From Chiloscyllium plagiosum (taxonomy: Eukaryota), in contig NC_057718.1 of assembly GCF_004010195.1 (NCBI RefSeq), positions 23,942,605-24,006,604 on the forward strand: DNA of 64,000 bases. Direction: 5' to 3'. Numbering within the stretch: position 1 is the stretch's first letter; every line of letters begins with the position of its first letter. The notes beneath the pieces were generated by a model that was not told the DNA's origin, did not search any database, and was given only the letters and a program-made list of their open reading frames with translations. Position numbers and translations under genes: made by a program. This document shows, in pieces, positions 62,340-64,000 of this stretch.

Positions 62340-64000
62340 TTTATGTTAAACAAAGAAAGCAAAGAATTACGAAACAAAGCCTAATCCAGAGAAAGCGATT
62401 ATAATATGAGAGGAAACTAGCTAGAAACTTAGAAGTGAATAGCTTCAATTTCTACTAGTAAAGTATGGTGTTGGTTATCATAAGTGAGAATTGGGAGTCA
62501 ATAGATGGTAAGGAAGTGGTAAATAAGATGAACAAATATTTTGTTTCTGTCTTCACTTCAAAGAATAGTAAAACATTCAAGTAATAGTTTGAAATTAGGA
62601 GGTGAAAACGAGACAGAAACACATGATGAAACGATGATCTCCTCGGAAGCAGTGCGAAGCAAACTAATCATGGAGCTCAGTTCCAGGGTCTGGAAAGAAG
62701 TAGTTAATTTCCAAAATTGACTAGATTGTGCAAATGCTCCATTAGACAGGGAAGTATTCACTATAACTTTTTTTTTCATTCAAGAAGGGATGGAGGTTGA
62801 ACACAGGAATCTGTAGACCATTTGGCTTGGTATCTGTTGTGAAAATGAGTTAGAATAAATTAAGATTATAGCTGGACTCGTAGTGAACCTGAAGATAATT
62901 GGGAAGGATTGGCATGGTTTTGTGAAAAGAAAATAATGTTTGATCCATGTATTGGAGTCTTTTTTTTTTTTGAAGCATGCTTTGGATGAAAGGGTGCTAA
63001 GAGAGGTATTGTACATGGATTTCCAGAATGCATTTGACGATGCCACAAAAGAATATTGCACTAAGTATGAGCTTTTGATGTAGGGGGTAGTGCAGAATGG
63101 AAAGGAGATGGCTGGAAGGCAGGCAGAAAACTGAACCTTAATTGGGGATGGAACTTCTGATTTGACGTGAGTGGGTTACGATAGAAGTTTGTGCAGGGGA
63201 CTCAGCTTTTTATCATTGGATGAGGGGCTTGAAGGAGTGGGAGTTAACTTGGCAGATGTGATGAAGATGGTTACAAAATTGTATTTGAATAGGATCTGAG
63301 GTTGTGGATCAATTCAGGAAAAGTTAAGTGGGCAAAAATATTCCAGATGGAGTATGATGCCAGAGAATATGAAGTTAACAGTTCTTTATTTCCTGGAATT
63401 CTGCAGAGGTTTGAGCATTCTGATAAAATGAGTAACAAAACTATGGTATGCCGGTACTGCAAGCAATTAAGGCTAATGGGATCTCTTCTTTTGTTCGAAA
63501 TAAACTGCAACATTTTTTTAAAACAAAAGAAGTTATGCTCCAGTTATCTCGGTAAAGCTGCAATGGTCCCAGAGGATCATAGGGCTGCTCTTTCTTTAGA
63601 GAAACAACCACTGGTGAATTTAATTGGAGGTTCATCACAGCTCAGGGGATGGGTCAGGTTAAGAAGGTGGGACCTTTGTGGTAACCTCAGGTGGATACAA
63701 CAATTGGACACGCTGTTTAGTGTCCTTCTGCATTACAAACTATCAGTCCAGAAAACTGAATCAGGCACCCCCCCCCGACACCCTCCAGCATACTTTGCCA
63801 AAAATGTCAGTTTTATGTAGGGCATTCGTGAGACCACGTTTTTGAATCTGTTTTCAGTTTTTGCTCCCTTTACGTAATTGAAGGTGGATGTAAATATGGT
63901 GCAGGTATTTTATTGGAGGTTTGCGAGATTGTGATTCCTGGAATTATTAGGTTCCCTTGTGAGGAATGGTTGGAAGTATTACCAGTGGAATCTAGAAAAG
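62340..64000 (+). mobile_element. Old degraded CR1 with nested SINE C (63551-63762, minus strand)
   Basis: HGFVK, YMDFQNAFD and QMEY remnants. Confidence 0.72.

Larger units (their letters stand above)
19969..64000 (+). other. FMN2: Putative FMN2 intron 1 (no exon 2 found in window)
   Basis: Canonical GTAAG donor at 19969. No G-RTLLEKLF-like continuation was seen downstream. Continuity across the N gap is unproven. Confidence 0.6.

Noticed and set aside
1..64000. CRISPR array or prokaryotic defence system
   Set aside because: No regularly spaced direct repeats or operon structure; the sequence is vertebrate.

Overview
This is vertebrate genomic DNA, almost certainly from a shark: it carries elasmobranch-type V-SINEs and CR1 LINEs. 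The only recognisable host gene is the large first coding exon of formin-2 (FMN2), from ATG 18606 to a phase-1 donor after 19968. Over 44 kb of putative intron follows, containing a 500-N assembly gap and no identifiable exon 2. The rest is a dense, often nested mosaic of CR1 LINE fragments, three SINE families, two solo LTRs, two Tigger-like MITEs and many short Penelope-like-element (PLE) derivatives. The most interesting signal is in the PLE derivatives. At least four sequence-distinct families carry a minimal hammerhead ribozyme motif (CUGANGA-A-stemII-GAAA-palindromic stemIII-NUH) with compensatory base changes between families. They often form head-to-head hairpins, and some are flanked by their own target-site duplications. 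FMN2 exon 1 also shows FFAT-like motifs and an in-frame upstream ATG. Repeat boundaries were read by eye and are approximate; family names come from recalled consensus features, not database searches.
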